A DNA stretch of 64,000 nt from Candidatus Levyibacteriota bacterium. Lineage in GTDB: Bacteria > Patescibacteriota > Microgenomatia > Levybacterales > UBA12049. The position numbers and the translations under genes were made by a program. The DNA lies in the NCBI GenBank assembly GCA_963722305.1, contig CAVRKE010000001.1:437549-501548 (forward strand). Direction: 5' to 3'. Below are positions 27,360 to 37,262 of this stretch, in pieces (position 1 is the first letter of the stretch; every line of letters starts with the position of its first letter). The notes under the pieces are model-generated. The model saw nothing but the letters and a program-made list of their open reading frames with translations. It had not been told where the DNA came from and made no database searches.

Positions 27360-28694
27360 TTATGGTGTGGGGAATTTGGCGGTTAAGGCCCTGACCTCTT
27401 TGGCAATGGCGAGCAACTGCTTGTTTCTGACCACTTCGCTTCTGAATTTCTGCATGAAAGCGGACCGTTCTTCTTTAGTCGCCGGCAATTGGTAATGTTT
27501 GACTTCTTCAATAACTTCATTCATCCACTTGGCGATTTTGACCATTTCCTTTTCCTTCATGCCCCTGGTGGTGATGGCCGGTGTCCCCAGACGGATTCCC
27601 GACGGATAAAAGGGCGGATTAGTGTCGTTTGGCACACCGTTTTTATTCATGACGATACCTGCTACTTCCAGTGCAAGCGACGCCACTACGCCATTGACGT
27701 TTTTGTTTCTTAAATCGATGAGCAAAAGATGATTATCCGAGCCTCCGCTGACAAGATTAAAACCGTATTTGGTAAGTTCTTGGGCCAGTTTTTGTGAGTT
27801 TTTAATAATTTGGGCCGAATATTTTTTGAAAGCCGGTGTCGCTGCTTCTTTTAGAGCGACGGCGATCGCCGCGGTTTGGTTATCATGCGGTCCGCCTTGG
27901 ATTCCGGGAATGATGGCACTATCGATTTTTTTGCCTAGCTCCGGGTCTTTTTTTAAACCCTTGTTTGTCACCATGATGAGCGCTCCCCTTGGGCCCCTGA
28001 GCGTCTTGTGCGTCGTAGTGGTAACGATGTCGGCGTATGGCACGGGCGAGGGATGGACGCCGGCGGCGATGAGCCCCGCAATATGGGAAACATCCGCTAA
28101 AAGATAACATGGTGAACCTTTAAGTTTTCCGACTCTGTCGGCAATTTCGGCAAATTTTTTAAAGTCGATAATGCGCGGATAGGCGGTATAACCGCAGACA
28201 ATAATGTCCGGTTTTTCTTTGAGCGCCTGCTTTTCAATCGCCGCAAAGTCTAGTCTTCCGTCATCACCTAACGTATAAAGAGTCGACTGCCAGAATTTTC
28301 CGGTGGCCGATTGGGGTTGGCCGTGGGTCAAATGACCGCCGAAAGCCAGCGAAAGTCCCATGATTTTGCCTTTTAGAGGTTCTAACACTGCCACATAAAC
28401 TGCCAAATTCATCGCCGAACCACTAAGCGCCTGGACGTTAACAAACGGCACACCGAATAACTTTTTCGCCCGCTCCTGGGCCAGAATTTCTACTTCGTCG
28501 GCCACCGCATTACCCTGATAATATCGCTTGTGCGGATAGCCTTCGGAATATTTGTTGTTCAGAACCGTTCCTAATGCTTCTAAGACTTCTTTGGAGGCAT
28601 AATTTTCCGAGGCAATCATTTCCAGGACTTCTCTCTGACGCTTTTCTTCCTTTTTAATTAAATTGAAAACGGCAGGGTCCTTGGTCTTAAGCAT
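27360..28694 (-). CDS. glyA: Serine hydroxymethyltransferase
   Basis: PLP-lysine motif TTTTHKTLRGPRGA and the length and overall pattern of SHMT. Confidence 0.9.
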   Translation of the reverse strand: MLKTKDPAVFNLIKKEEKRQREVLEMIASENYASKEVLEALGTVLNNKYSEGYPHKRYYQGNAVADEVEILAQERAKKLFGVPFVNVQALSGSAMNLAVYVAVLEPLKGKIMGLSLAFGGHLTHGQPQSATGKFWQSTLYTLGDDGRLDFAAIEKQALKEKPDIIVCGYTAYPRIIDFKKFAEIADRVGKLKGSPCYLLADVSHIAGLIAAGVHPSPVPYADIVTTTTHKTLRGPRGALIMVTNKGLKKDPELGKKIDSAIIPGIQGGPHDNQTAAIAVALKEAATPAFKKYSAQIIKNSQKLAQELTKYGFNLVSGGSDNHLLLIDLRNKNVNGVVASLALEVAGIVMNKNGVPNDTNPPFYPSGIRLGTPAITTRGMKEKEMVKIAKWMNEVIEEVKHYQLPATKEERSAFMQKFRSEVVRNKQLLAIAKEVRALTAKFPTP

Positions 28695-28784
28695 TGCAAA
28701 CCCATTTTAAAATGAAAATTGTCTTGACGCAAGGGGCAAAATGCGCGATAGAGCATGATATCCTTTAGGATAGACTTGAGTTTT

Positions 28785-29297
28785 TTACTTCTCGAGGTCG
28801 AGGAATTTGAATTTGTAACCTCCGGAGGAGTAGTCTTCTTCGGAAATCACTTTTTTGAAGTTTGAATAGTCCGGGAAAAAAGTGTCGGCGCCGTAGTCCC
28901 CTTCCACAATTGTCAAATACAGCCTGTCAACCAGATTTTTCTCCAGCGCTTCTTTAAAAATTTGCCCGCCGCCGAAAATAATGATGTTGTCCGAGCCGGG
29001 AGCTTTTTTGGCTTTTTCAATTCCCTCTTCCAAAGAATGGACAATGATACACTTGGCTCTTTGCTCTTCGGTTTTGACAAACTCGGAAAACTGGTAATCG
29101 CCGTGCGTGATAATAATGCTGGTATTGCTCGGAATCACGCGGCCGATTGATTCAAAAGTCCGCCTTCCCATTACCAAAGGATGTCCGGAAATAATCTGAT
29201 GCATGCGTTTAAAATCCTCAGGGATGTGAAACAGCAAGTCATTATTCTTTCCGATTCCCCTCTTTGAGTCAAGCGCAACGATAATTGAAACTTTCAT
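28785..29297 (-). CDS. folA: Dihydrofolate reductase
   Basis: MKVSIIVALDSKRGIGKNNDLLFHIPEDFKRMHQIISGHPLVMGRRTFESIG is the DHFR signature. Confidence 0.85.
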   Translation of the reverse strand: MKVSIIVALDSKRGIGKNNDLLFHIPEDFKRMHQIISGHPLVMGRRTFESIGRVIPSNTSIIITHGDYQFSEFVKTEEQRAKCIIVHSLEEGIEKAKKAPGSDNIIIFGGGQIFKEALEKNLVDRLYLTIVEGDYGADTFFPDYSNFKKVISEEDYSSGGYKFKFLDLEK

Positions 29298-29299
29298 AC

Positions 29300-29361
29300 C
29301 TAAATCATTATAGCATTAGTCATTAATTAAAAATTAAGAATTAGAAATTGAAAATTGAAAA
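29300..29361. repeat. AT-rich short-period repeat tract (TTAGAAAT/TGAAAAT)
   Basis: cattaattaaaaattaagaattagaaattgaaaattgaaaattatttt. Confidence 0.45.
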
Positions 29362-30030
29362 TTATTTTGAGTCCCGTTTGAGCCACCTAACGCCAACGTA
29401 GACTAATGGGGTTTCGATGACCGACATAAAACATTTGAGCAGCCAATATGGCAAAATTATGCCGGAAAGAAATGAAAAGTTGGCCGCAAATGACAAATTA
29501 AGAGCATAAAAAGCCAAAGTCATAAATAAAGTTGTGTCGAAGAATTCCGAAAGAAAATTAGAAGCATTGGTCCTTAGCCAAAGCTTACGCTTGCCAAGCC
29601 TTTGTCTGATTTTATAAAAAATGAACACGTCCGAAAGCTCACCAACGGCAAAGGCAATTAGACTGGCGGCGGAGATGCGCGCCGAAAAGGTAAAAATCGC
29701 TTCATATGACTTTTCCAAGGGCATAAATCTGGCCGTGGCCGGAAGCGAAACCGCCAACAGTGAGAACAGGAAAAGGAAAAAAATCATTACCAAGCCCGAC
29801 CTGACCACGCTTTGCGCCTTATCTTTGCCGAAAACTTCGGTAATGACATCGTTAATCGCGTAAACCAACGGCACCAACAGTATTCCGACTCCGGTACTTA
29901 GCTGGAATGAGCCGATGGTTAAAAGAGGAATGGTTTTGCTACCCATTAGCTCCGACAACAGAATGCAGGCAACGTAGAAAGAAACTAGAAAGTCTAATTT
30001 TTGAATCTTAAACACCGTGTGAGTGTACAA
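29362..30030 (-). CDS. Queuosine-precursor transporter-like membrane protein (YhhQ/DUF165 family)
   Basis: Multi-TM protein whose motifs LLVPLVYAINDVITEVFGKDKAQSVV and LPYWLLKCFMSVIETPLVYVGVRWLK resemble the YhhQ family. Confidence 0.5.
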   Translation of the reverse strand: MYTHTVFKIQKLDFLVSFYVACILLSELMGSKTIPLLTIGSFQLSTGVGILLVPLVYAINDVITEVFGKDKAQSVVRSGLVMIFFLFLFSLLAVSLPATARFMPLEKSYEAIFTFSARISAASLIAFAVGELSDVFIFYKIRQRLGKRKLWLRTNASNFLSEFFDTTLFMTLAFYALNLSFAANFSFLSGIILPYWLLKCFMSVIETPLVYVGVRWLKRDSK

Positions 30031-30243
30031 AATGAACTTTCATTTTGTCAAGGATTAACTTTGGCACTTATCACCGCAAAACATGTACAAAGGCTAAGTC
30101 TTAAACTCATACTTGATATCAAGGGATAGGTGCGTTAACTTTAAAAGAATATAGAAACTAATCCCCCAACCACACAGCACTTAAGATTAAGTTATCTAGG
30201 TATCTAATGTTTAACGCTCAGCTTCCCCATATTATCATCCCCT

Positions 30244-30269
30244 GTTTCCATGTATCGATACATGGAAAC
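30244..30269. promoter_or_regulatory. Perfect 26-bp palindrome GTTTCCATGTATCGATACATGGAAAC immediately after the stop of the TrpR-like gene
   Basis: Self-complementary 13+13 bp. The core GTATCGATACAT recurs upstream of the same gene at 30707..30720. Confidence 0.5.
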
Positions 30270-30273
30270 ACGA

Positions 30274-30663
30274 TTATCTAAACCAACTCTTCACAAAAGT
30301 TGAGCCCTTCGCGGGTATTTTTGACTTTAGATATTTTTCTCTTTCTTTTTTCATTTGAGTCCTAACCCTCTCTATTGCTAATGCCAATCCCCCACGCTCT
30401 CCTTCCAAGATAGATTTAATCTTTGAAACAGTTTGCGTGCTTGTTTTAGAAGTTCTTGCAACATCACGAAGCTTCATTCCGTCATACAAAAGATTTGCAA
30501 TGTGCCAACGTCTTTTTAGCATTCTTAGCTCTGAGGGCATTAAAATATCTTTTATAAAAAGTTTAATTTCATCTGTATTTTTAAGACTTCCGATTATTTC
30601 GTATAAGAAATGTATATCTCTAAAATATTCTTTTCCCTCGATTTCCCTTTTAGCTTTTGACAT
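30274..30663 (-). CDS. TrpR-related YerC/YecD-family DNA-binding protein
   Basis: LMPSELRMLKRRWHIANLLYDGMKLRDVARTSKTSTQTVSKIKSIL is the HTH of the Trp-repressor-like family. Confidence 0.6.
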   Translation of the reverse strand: MSKAKREIEGKEYFRDIHFLYEIIGSLKNTDEIKLFIKDILMPSELRMLKRRWHIANLLYDGMKLRDVARTSKTSTQTVSKIKSILEGERGGLALAIERVRTQMKKEREKYLKSKIPAKGSTFVKSWFR

Positions 30664-30706
30664 AATATCAATATATCAAATTTCTGGAATTTTGTCCTCC
30701 GTCTCA

Positions 30707-30720
30707 GCGTATCGATACAT
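30707..30720. promoter_or_regulatory. Candidate operator: palindromic core CGTATCGATACAT upstream of the TrpR-like gene
   Basis: It is 44-57 bp upstream of the start codon at 30663 and has the same core as the downstream 26-bp palindrome. Confidence 0.35.
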
Positions 30721-30782
30721 TAAGATAATTAAACTTAAGCTAAATTGACTACTTTGTGAAAGCTTATTGAAGAAATGTAAAT

Positions 30783-31214
30783 TTATGCTATTTTTAACGC
30801 TGCTTGTATGGCATTAAACACGTTCGGCAATAATTTTCCGTCCTTTTGCAGTCGCGGCAGCTTCGAGATACTAACCCACATCGGCGTGACCTCATCGTTC
30901 CCTTTAAGTTTTCCCGAAAAATTGCTGATTCTAAAAATCCTCCACTCAAAGTTGACTGTTTCTCCGCCTTTCCGCGGAATATCGGCATGAAATAAATTAC
31001 CCGGAAATTCGGAAAAATCTTCTTTTTTTGCGGATAAACCCGTTTCTTCACTAAACTCCCTGACAGCAGCATCCAGGCAGCTTTCTCCCTCTTCAACCCT
31101 GCCTGACGGAAGCCCAATCATTCCGGTTAAATGAGCCGAACCCTCTTCCTCTCTGACTAAAATGACTTTACTGTCTTTAGTAGCAACAATTCCCACTGAA
31201 TTGGTAGATTTCAT
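30783..31214 (-). CDS. NUDIX hydrolase
   Basis: Nudix box GRVEEGESCLDAAVREFSEETGL. Confidence 0.75.
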   Translation of the reverse strand: MKSTNSVGIVATKDSKVILVREEEGSAHLTGMIGLPSGRVEEGESCLDAAVREFSEETGLSAKKEDFSEFPGNLFHADIPRKGGETVNFEWRIFRISNFSGKLKGNDEVTPMWVSISKLPRLQKDGKLLPNVFNAIQAALKIA

Positions 31215-31216
31215 GT

Positions 31217-32218
31217 TTAGAAGCCTCCGACCACCGTCACTTCGGCCTTGATGGAGTCGTAAGGATTGTAATTGACCAGTTCAAAATCTTCAATCTTAAA
31301 GTCGTCGATATTTTTGACTTTAGGATTAATTTTCATCTGCGGGAACGGCCGCGGCTTTCTTTTGAGCTGTTCTTTAACCTGTTTCATGTGGTTTGAATAA
31401 ATATGCACGTCGCCGAAAGTATGGACAAATTCCCCCGGCTTTAAACCGGTAACTTGCGCAATCATCATTGTAAACAGCGCGTATGAGGCGATGTTGAACG
31501 GAACTCCCAAAAAAACGTCGGCACTGCGGTGGTATAGTTGTAAAGACAGCCTGCCCTTATTGACATTGAATTGATAAAGCGTGTGGCAAGGAGGCAAAGC
31601 CATTGATTTTCCCGGTAGCGCCATTTCATAAATAAACTCCGGGTTCCAGGCCGAAACCACAATTGATTTACGAAACGGTGTGGTTTTTAACTCGTTAATC
31701 GCCCACGCCAACTGGTCAATGGTCCGGCCGTCGGAGGTCCTCCATTTTCGCCACTGCACTCCGTAAACGTTTCCCAAATCTCCCCATTTCTTGACAAACG
31801 GATCGTCGGCAGGCAAGCTTTTTATTTTTTCGATGAACTCGTCCTGAGAAAGTATTTTGTCTTTTAGAATTTCTTCGTCCGCTGAATTTTTAATTTTTAA
31901 TTTTAAATTTTTAATTTGGGCTACTTTGTAGCCCTTATATGCCCACTCATTCCAGATGCGGACATTCCTGTCCACCAGATATTTAATGTTTGACTCTCCT
32001 CTAATAAACCACAACAGCTCTTCAATTATGCCCCTTAAGAAGACTTTTTTAGTAGTTAAAAGCGGAAAGCCTTTTGACAGATCAAAGCGCATCTGTCTGC
32101 CAAAAACGCTTTTAATCCTTACACCCGGATTATTAAACACCGGTTTATAGATTCCGTTTTTGAGGATATCTTCTAAAAGCTCCAGATATTGATATTCTTC
32201 ACTTCTTATTTTCGCCAT
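31217..32218 (-). CDS. thyA: Thymidylate synthase (ThyA type)
   Basis: Active-site region [12 protein letters not shown]...[35 protein letters not shown]. Confidence 0.9.
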   Translation of the reverse strand: MAKIRSEEYQYLELLEDILKNGIYKPVFNNPGVRIKSVFGRQMRFDLSKGFPLLTTKKVFLRGIIEELLWFIRGESNIKYLVDRNVRIWNEWAYKGYKVAQIKNLKLKIKNSADEEILKDKILSQDEFIEKIKSLPADDPFVKKWGDLGNVYGVQWRKWRTSDGRTIDQLAWAINELKTTPFRKSIVVSAWNPEFIYEMALPGKSMALPPCHTLYQFNVNKGRLSLQLYHRSADVFLGVPFNIASYALFTMMIAQVTGLKPGEFVHTFGDVHIYSNHMKQVKEQLKRKPRPFPQMKINPKVKNIDDFKIEDFELVNYNPYDSIKAEVTVVGGF

Positions 32219-32278
32219 TTGTGCTTATCTAAGTTACTACTATTTTTTGAAAAATTCAAGAGAGATTTTTAAATATTT

Positions 32279-32316
32279 GCGCGGGGAGTCCTGTCTTCGC
32301 AGGACGACCTCAGCGC
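32279..32316. repeat. Minimal MITE-like element, copy C (termini only)
   Basis: GCGCGGGGAG-tcctgtcttcgcagga-CGACCTCAGCGC: both family termini flank an internal 16-bp palindrome. Confidence 0.55.
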
Positions 32317-32317
32317 A

Positions 32318-32851
32318 TTACACCTGTTTTTCTCTTTTGGTGGCTGAGACTCTCCCACCTTGCCATTGTCCCCGGTATTGAGAGCCCACCCCTTTTATTT
32401 CGTGGAAAATAATGTGGGCAAACCTGGCTCCCATTTCAATTTCCACCGTAATCGGCCCTTCGTTTTTGAGGCCAAATGTCAGCTCACCTTGATAGCCGGG
32501 CTGCACCGGGCCGGTTCTTAGGAAAAGTCCTGAACGGAAAGTGGTGGTCCGCGGTAAAATAATTGCCGATAGATTAACCGGCAGATTTATTTTTTCGATG
32601 GTTTTGACTAAGAAAAAATCGCCGGGTTTGATCTTGATAATTTTGTCTTTAGGATATTTTTTGAGCAAAGTGATATCGGCAGTCTGGCGGTGGGTTTCGC
32701 CAAGGAATGCCTTGCCGGAAATTTTATACACCTCACCCAGGCGCAGATCAAAGCCGGCCCCTTCCGGATTAGTCAGTTCCCTTTCCGACAATCCTTCAAC
32801 CATTTTTTTGGTTTTAACCAGTTTTAATAAATATTTTGGACTTAAAATCAT
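32318..32851 (-). CDS. dCTP deaminase/dUTPase-superfamily protein (second dcd-like paralog)
   Basis: GAGFDLRLGEVYK...IKPGDFFLVKTIEKINLPVNLSAIILPRTTTFRSGLFLRTGPVQPGYQGELTFGLKN is the dUTPase/dCTP-deaminase fold. The gene is flanked on both sides by MITE copies. Confidence 0.7.
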   Translation of the reverse strand: MILSPKYLLKLVKTKKMVEGLSERELTNPEGAGFDLRLGEVYKISGKAFLGETHRQTADITLLKKYPKDKIIKIKPGDFFLVKTIEKINLPVNLSAIILPRTTTFRSGLFLRTGPVQPGYQGELTFGLKNEGPITVEIEMGARFAHIIFHEIKGVGSQYRGQWQGGRVSATKREKQV

Positions 32852-32863
32852 ATTTTAATTAAT

Positions 32864-32974
32864 GCGCGGGGAGATACAAAATTTTCGCAGTTTTCACTCG
32901 AACTCCCGAACGTCAGGCTTATCTATTAGGACCTTGAGCTGAAAACGAGAAAATTTTCGTATCGACCTCAGCGC
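32864..32974. repeat. MITE-like dispersed repeat, copy D (complete, intergenic)
   Basis: GCGCGGGGAGATACAAAATTTTCG...GAAAATTTTCGTATCGACCTCAGCGC shows the imperfect terminal inverted repeats. Confidence 0.7.
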
Positions 32975-33633
32975 ACTTTACTAAAAATTTCTTTCTGCAC
33001 TTTTTCTATCGTTTTTTCCGCGTCAATAACCGTGAACTCTTGGGGAAATTCCCCCAAAAGCCAGTCGTAGCCTTTTTTAACCATGGTCATCTTTTCCGTA
33101 TTTTCGTAAAGCTCTTTTTCTTTAGTCGAGTCATGACGACGCGAAAGCCCGGTTGCAACCGAAACCTGAAGGTAAAAAGTGACATCCGGAACAATAAACT
33201 GGTTATACATTGACAAAACGCTTTGCGCCACTGCCTGAACCATCGCTTCGTTTTGATAATCAACGCTGTCTTTATCCGCAATTCCGTAAGCCACTGATGA
33301 CCAAAAGTAGCGGTCGGATATAACCGTCTCGCCTTTTTCCAGATGATTGAGAATTTCCAGCTGCTGGATTTGCCTGTCCGCCGAAAATAAGTATTGAAAG
33401 GAAACCATTGGCACTTCCACTTTCCCCTGCAGCGCGTTTCTGATAAATTTACCGATTTCGCTGTCGGTCGGGTTTTTGGTTAAGAAAACTTTTCTACCCT
33501 GTTTGGTGAGGTTTTGAGCCAGAAGCTGTGACTGGACTGTTTTGCCGCTACCGTCAATCCCCTCCAAGACAATTAGCTTTCCGGGATAAGGGTTGCGCTT
33601 AAAATCAAGGTCAAAGCTGACGTGGTAGTTCAT
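32968..33633 (-). CDS. tmk: Thymidylate kinase
   Basis: P-loop LIVLEGIDGSGKTVQSQLL and the DRY-like SDRYFWSS motif. The annotated 3' end overlaps repeat copy D by a few bp. Confidence 0.85.
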   Translation of the reverse strand: MNYHVSFDLDFKRNPYPGKLIVLEGIDGSGKTVQSQLLAQNLTKQGRKVFLTKNPTDSEIGKFIRNALQGKVEVPMVSFQYLFSADRQIQQLEILNHLEKGETVISDRYFWSSVAYGIADKDSVDYQNEAMVQAVAQSVLSMYNQFIVPDVTFYLQVSVATGLSRRHDSTKEKELYENTEKMTMVKKGYDWLLGEFPQEFTVIDAEKTIEKVQKEIFSKVR

Positions 33634-33744
33634 AATTTAATTTTTAATTGTAAATTGTCAATTTTTAATTAAGGTTAATATACCACACGCTTGTGTCTTT
33701 GGAAATTGGCAATATTTGTGCTAAAATAGCAAGATTGTAAAACT

Positions 33745-34761
33745 ATGAGACCAGAAGTGAGACCATCAATACCGCAAAAATTAGCTAAGGGAATCGAAAA
33801 CGCTAAATGTGCTGCTGTCGAAAACGTATTTATTCCAGCTGCTGCATGGATTATGAGAACCCCTGCCACCCGCTGGGCCGAAATGATCGGAGGCGAACAA
33901 ACTGTTGAATTCGCTCCTGATTTTTGGGATAAGTTTATTCCTGCCGCTAAAGAGGGTTGCATACCTGTAATTGTATCCGGCCCGCATGCTTCGGATACGG
34001 AAATGTTACCAATGGCTTTTGCGATAAGAGATATTTTAAATGTTTATAACGAACACGCTCCTCAAGGTAAACGGCTAAAAGGCATTTTAATGATAACCGC
34101 AGCCTCTCTAGCTGAAGGCGGCCAACGCCCGGGAGAAGAAATAATTTTAAGCGCAATCCAGCCCACGTTTCTTAAAGACCGCTATGTTGAACCTTTGTTT
34201 ACGGAGACAGATAACGACAAAAACAGGAGACGTATGGAAAAACATCCCCATAAATTCGCCGCTGATTTAGGCTCGCTTATAAGTAGCGGAGAATATGGCG
34301 TTTTCGTCTTCGCGGAAAGCACTACCGACTCGGGAAGATTAGATAACAAAGGGAAGCGCAAAGGAATGCGACAGTTTAGACAAGGCTCTGTCAGTACTCA
34401 TATTATTACGATTGAAGAAACAACACAAAGAAATGCTGTAGTTTTACCGGTAGCCGCAATCGGTGGAGAGAAAGTTTATGACCACGCAAGGGCAAGACCT
34501 TCTTTAAGAATGGTTTTTGCAGGACTTTGGAGCCGTAATATTCCAAAAGTTATTCATTTAAAATTCTTAACGCCTAAAAAATCAAACGAAGAGCCCTTAA
34601 AATCTATGGTTGCAAATGAAAAAACTATTAAAGCTGGTACGCAAAAAGGAAGGGTAATTGAAAATCATTTCGCCTTAATTATTGCTGCTGAAACACCTGA
34701 AGAAATGCAAGGTATTTATAAAAAACAATTAGAAAATAAAGATTCGGAAACTACAGTCTGA
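33745..34761 (+). CDS. Hypothetical protein; weak resemblance to a lysophospholipid-acyltransferase (PlsC-like) fold
   Basis: FAESTTDSGRL (vs FPEGTRS) and VVLPVAAIGG (vs VPIVPV) are suggestive. Motif I is atypical (GPHASD). Confidence 0.3.
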   Translation: MRPEVRPSIPQKLAKGIENAKCAAVENVFIPAAAWIMRTPATRWAEMIGGEQTVEFAPDFWDKFIPAAKEGCIPVIVSGPHASDTEMLPMAFAIRDILNVYNEHAPQGKRLKGILMITAASLAEGGQRPGEEIILSAIQPTFLKDRYVEPLFTETDNDKNRRRMEKHPHKFAADLGSLISSGEYGVFVFAESTTDSGRLDNKGKRKGMRQFRQGSVSTHIITIEETTQRNAVVLPVAAIGGEKVYDHARARPSLRMVFAGLWSRNIPKVIHLKFLTPKKSNEEPLKSMVANEKTIKAGTQKGRVIENHFALIIAAETPEEMQGIYKKQLENKDSETTV

Positions 34762-35328
34762 CTATTTTTCCTCGTCGATTTTGGATTCGCCGGGTCCTTT
34801 CTGGTTTAAATATTTGGCAGATTTTTTCTTGTAATACGGCACTTCTGCCGGAGAAGAAAGTTGTTCAAAAGATATCGAACAGATTCTCATATTAGGATAA
34901 AGTGCTACGGGTAATTTTCCCATATTTGCCAGCTCTAACGTGATATGGCCTTTAAAGCCGCATTCAATGTTGGCGGCTGTAGAATGGATGACAATCCCCA
35001 GTCTTCCGATACTTGAACGGCCCTCAAGCCTTCCGGTTAAGTCGTCCGGCACTTCAATTCTCTCAACCGTTGTTCCCAGCACAAAATCTCCGGGTTGCAT
35101 AATAAACGGTTTCCCCTCCTCAACCGTTATTTCTTTGGTAAATTCGGCGGCCGAATTTTTGCGCGGGTCAATTACTCCGTGCACGCCCGCTTCGAAAACT
35201 CTGAACGTATTCCCTAAACGCAAGTCGATGGAACACGAACCCAACTGGACAGCCAAATCGGGAAAAGGCTGAATAATTATTTTTTTTGAGGCCAAGGCTG
35301 TTTTTAAATCCCTATCTGAAAGCAGCAT
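34762..35328 (-). CDS. dcd: dCTP deaminase
   Basis: SIDLRLGNTFRVF...GRLEGRSSIGRLGIVIH...ISFEQLSSPAEVPY matches canonical Dcd. Confidence 0.85.
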   Translation of the reverse strand: MLLSDRDLKTALASKKIIIQPFPDLAVQLGSCSIDLRLGNTFRVFEAGVHGVIDPRKNSAAEFTKEITVEEGKPFIMQPGDFVLGTTVERIEVPDDLTGRLEGRSSIGRLGIVIHSTAANIECGFKGHITLELANMGKLPVALYPNMRICSISFEQLSSPAEVPYYKKKSAKYLNQKGPGESKIDEEK

Positions 35329-35378
35329 AAACTATTCCCTAGTTTAACACTTGAGGCCAAACTTTGCAAAAAGCGCTC

Positions 35379-36194
35379 TCATTGAAGCGGAGGGACTTTG
35401 CCCTGGTAATTCAAAATAAAGCTGCCTTCCGCATCATCAAACTGTACTGCAAAAATAGGCTTTCCTGCTGCCAAAACACTGGATATTCTTTCCATCTGAG
35501 ATCTGTACTGCTCGACTAAATCACTAAGCTCCAAACCTTCTATCCCCAAATGTTCATGTACCCTTCCCAAGAATGCGACATTTCTATCGTCATCGACCAC
35601 AAAATTCATTTCGCCCGTTTCGGGGTCGAAAGAGTTTACCGACCACATTTGTCCACGGATAATCAATACTGCGTCTTCTTTGTGACTTCCTTGTAAAACA
35701 ACTTCCTCATGCGGATTAGTCATCACTACTTCATGAATTGCTTTTACATCCTGTGCACTTAAATTTTTATGAAGGTTAGAGATTTTGTAGGCGTTATTTA
35801 CATAACCGCAGCCGGAAATATCTCCTTCGTGTTTTTGATGGTTATCGTCGTGCACGCCAAACGGAGAATCCGATTCTCTTGAATTAATTACGGCAGATGC
35901 AATCTTAGGTACTAAATTGTCGTTAGAAATGTCTATGCCCTTTTTGTTAAGAGCCCCTTTTACTATCATTGCCACGCCTTCTTCTCCACCGAACATTCTA
36001 ATATACCCTTTGTGCTGTTCGTCTTGGCTTTGCTCCGGGGTGAATCTTCCGTCACCACAAACTACTTTTTTGTTACTTGCCTTAACTTTATTTCTTTTTA
36101 TAAATTTTTCCGCCCTTTCTTTGGCGGCAATAATATCCGGAGTCATAGTTTTTTCTGCCCTATGCTGGTGTCTTGAACGATGCCGTTTCTCCAT
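35379..36194 (-). CDS. Hypothetical protein
   Basis: 271-aa ORF with CGDGR and H...GCG motifs faintly reminiscent of beta-carbonic anhydrase zinc ligands. Not confidently assignable. Confidence 0.35.
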   Translation of the reverse strand: MEKRHRSRHQHRAEKTMTPDIIAAKERAEKFIKRNKVKASNKKVVCGDGRFTPEQSQDEQHKGYIRMFGGEEGVAMIVKGALNKKGIDISNDNLVPKIASAVINSRESDSPFGVHDDNHQKHEGDISGCGYVNNAYKISNLHKNLSAQDVKAIHEVVMTNPHEEVVLQGSHKEDAVLIIRGQMWSVNSFDPETGEMNFVVDDDRNVAFLGRVHEHLGIEGLELSDLVEQYRSQMERISSVLAAGKPIFAVQFDDAEGSFILNYQGKVPPLQ

Positions 36195-36252
36195 AAAAAA
36201 GAATTATACAAAATCCGGATTAATTGAACAAGAGGCTGGTTAGTATAATTAG

Positions 36253-36324
36253 TGGGTAGCGATGGAGTCGAACCATCCGCCTCTTCTTTATCAGAGAAGC
36301 GTTCTACCGATGAACTAGCTACCC
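36253..36324 (-). tRNA. tRNA-Ile (anticodon GAU)
   Basis: I folded it manually: acceptor GGGTAGC/GCTACCC, D stem GTTC/GAAC, anticodon stem CTTCT/AGAAG with loop CTGATAA, T arm GATGG-TTCGACT-CCATC, discriminator A. No encoded CCA. Confidence 0.8.
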
Positions 36325-36377
36325 GAATGTTGTGTATTATCTCAAAAACCTTGAACTTTTAAAAGATTGGGTTAGTT

Positions 36378-36450
36378 GAGGCGCGAAGGGGACTCGAACC
36401 CCTGAATGACTGTTCTGCAAACAGCTGTGTTAGCCGCTTCACCACCGCGC
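36378..36450 (-). tRNA. tRNA-Cys (anticodon GCA)
   Basis: I folded it manually: acceptor GGCGCGG/TCGCGCC, anticodon stem GCTGT/ACAGT with loop TTGCAGA, T arm AGGGG-TTCGAGT-CCCCT. Confidence 0.8.
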
Positions 36451-36554
36451 CACGTAAAATTTCTTTAAAATTAACGTGGCTGAAACGTTTAAATTCTATT
36501 TATTACGTTTCGCCACAAGCTCAAGTATAGCAAATCGGAGATGGTTTTGAAAGA

Positions 36555-37262
36555 TTATCTAATCGGTTTTTGGTTGGCGGGAGGTGGTTTTCGCAGCCAA
36601 ATCGTCCAAAAATAACCTTTCGCATAGACCGAAAATGCTGCTCCCGGCGTCTCCTGCCAACGCCTGAATGAAGTTAAAGCCTTTAGTTTGGTAGAAAAAA
36701 CAATCTTTCCTTTTTTGGCCAGGCGCAAACCTAAATCGACATCCGGACTCATGGTGAATTTTTCATCGATGCCGCCGATTTCGTCATAAACTTTTTTGCG
36801 GGCCATCATGTTAAAGCCGGTCATGTGCGGTTTGCCGACTAAGAAATTGAAGCCGATGAACACTTCGTAGAGCTTGCGGTAGAGAAAGTCCAAGAACCGG
36901 TTTCCGCTTTTAACGTAAGCCGTCCCGGTGGCCGCCATCACCTTTTCGTCTTTGAAAATTTCCTTGATGGTTGCCAGCCAGTCCGGGAAAACCACCGTAT
37001 CGGCATCGGTATTGGCGATTATTTCGTAAGTTGCGCTGTCCATGCCCTTTTTGACGGCAAACGTATTCCCCTGCTTGATCTCTTGAACCACCCGCGCGCC
37101 GAAACTCTTCGCAATTTCCGCGGTTTTGTCGGTGGAATTATTATCGACCACAATAATTTCGTAATCATCTTTGGGAAAATCCTGAGTAGTGATAGCGGTT
37201 AAACAATGCGGTAAATCTTTTTCTTCGTTATAAGCGGCAATAACCACTGAAATTAATTTCAT
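36555..37262 (-). CDS. Family 2 glycosyltransferase
   Basis: MKLISVVIAAYNEEKDL... and the DxD region (NTDADT) form the GT-A fold signature. Confidence 0.8.
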   Translation of the reverse strand: MKLISVVIAAYNEEKDLPHCLTAITTQDFPKDDYEIIVVDNNSTDKTAEIAKSFGARVVQEIKQGNTFAVKKGMDSATYEIIANTDADTVVFPDWLATIKEIFKDEKVMAATGTAYVKSGNRFLDFLYRKLYEVFIGFNFLVGKPHMTGFNMMARKKVYDEIGGIDEKFTMSPDVDLGLRLAKKGKIVFSTKLKALTSFRRWQETPGAAFSVYAKGYFWTIWLRKPPPANQKPIR

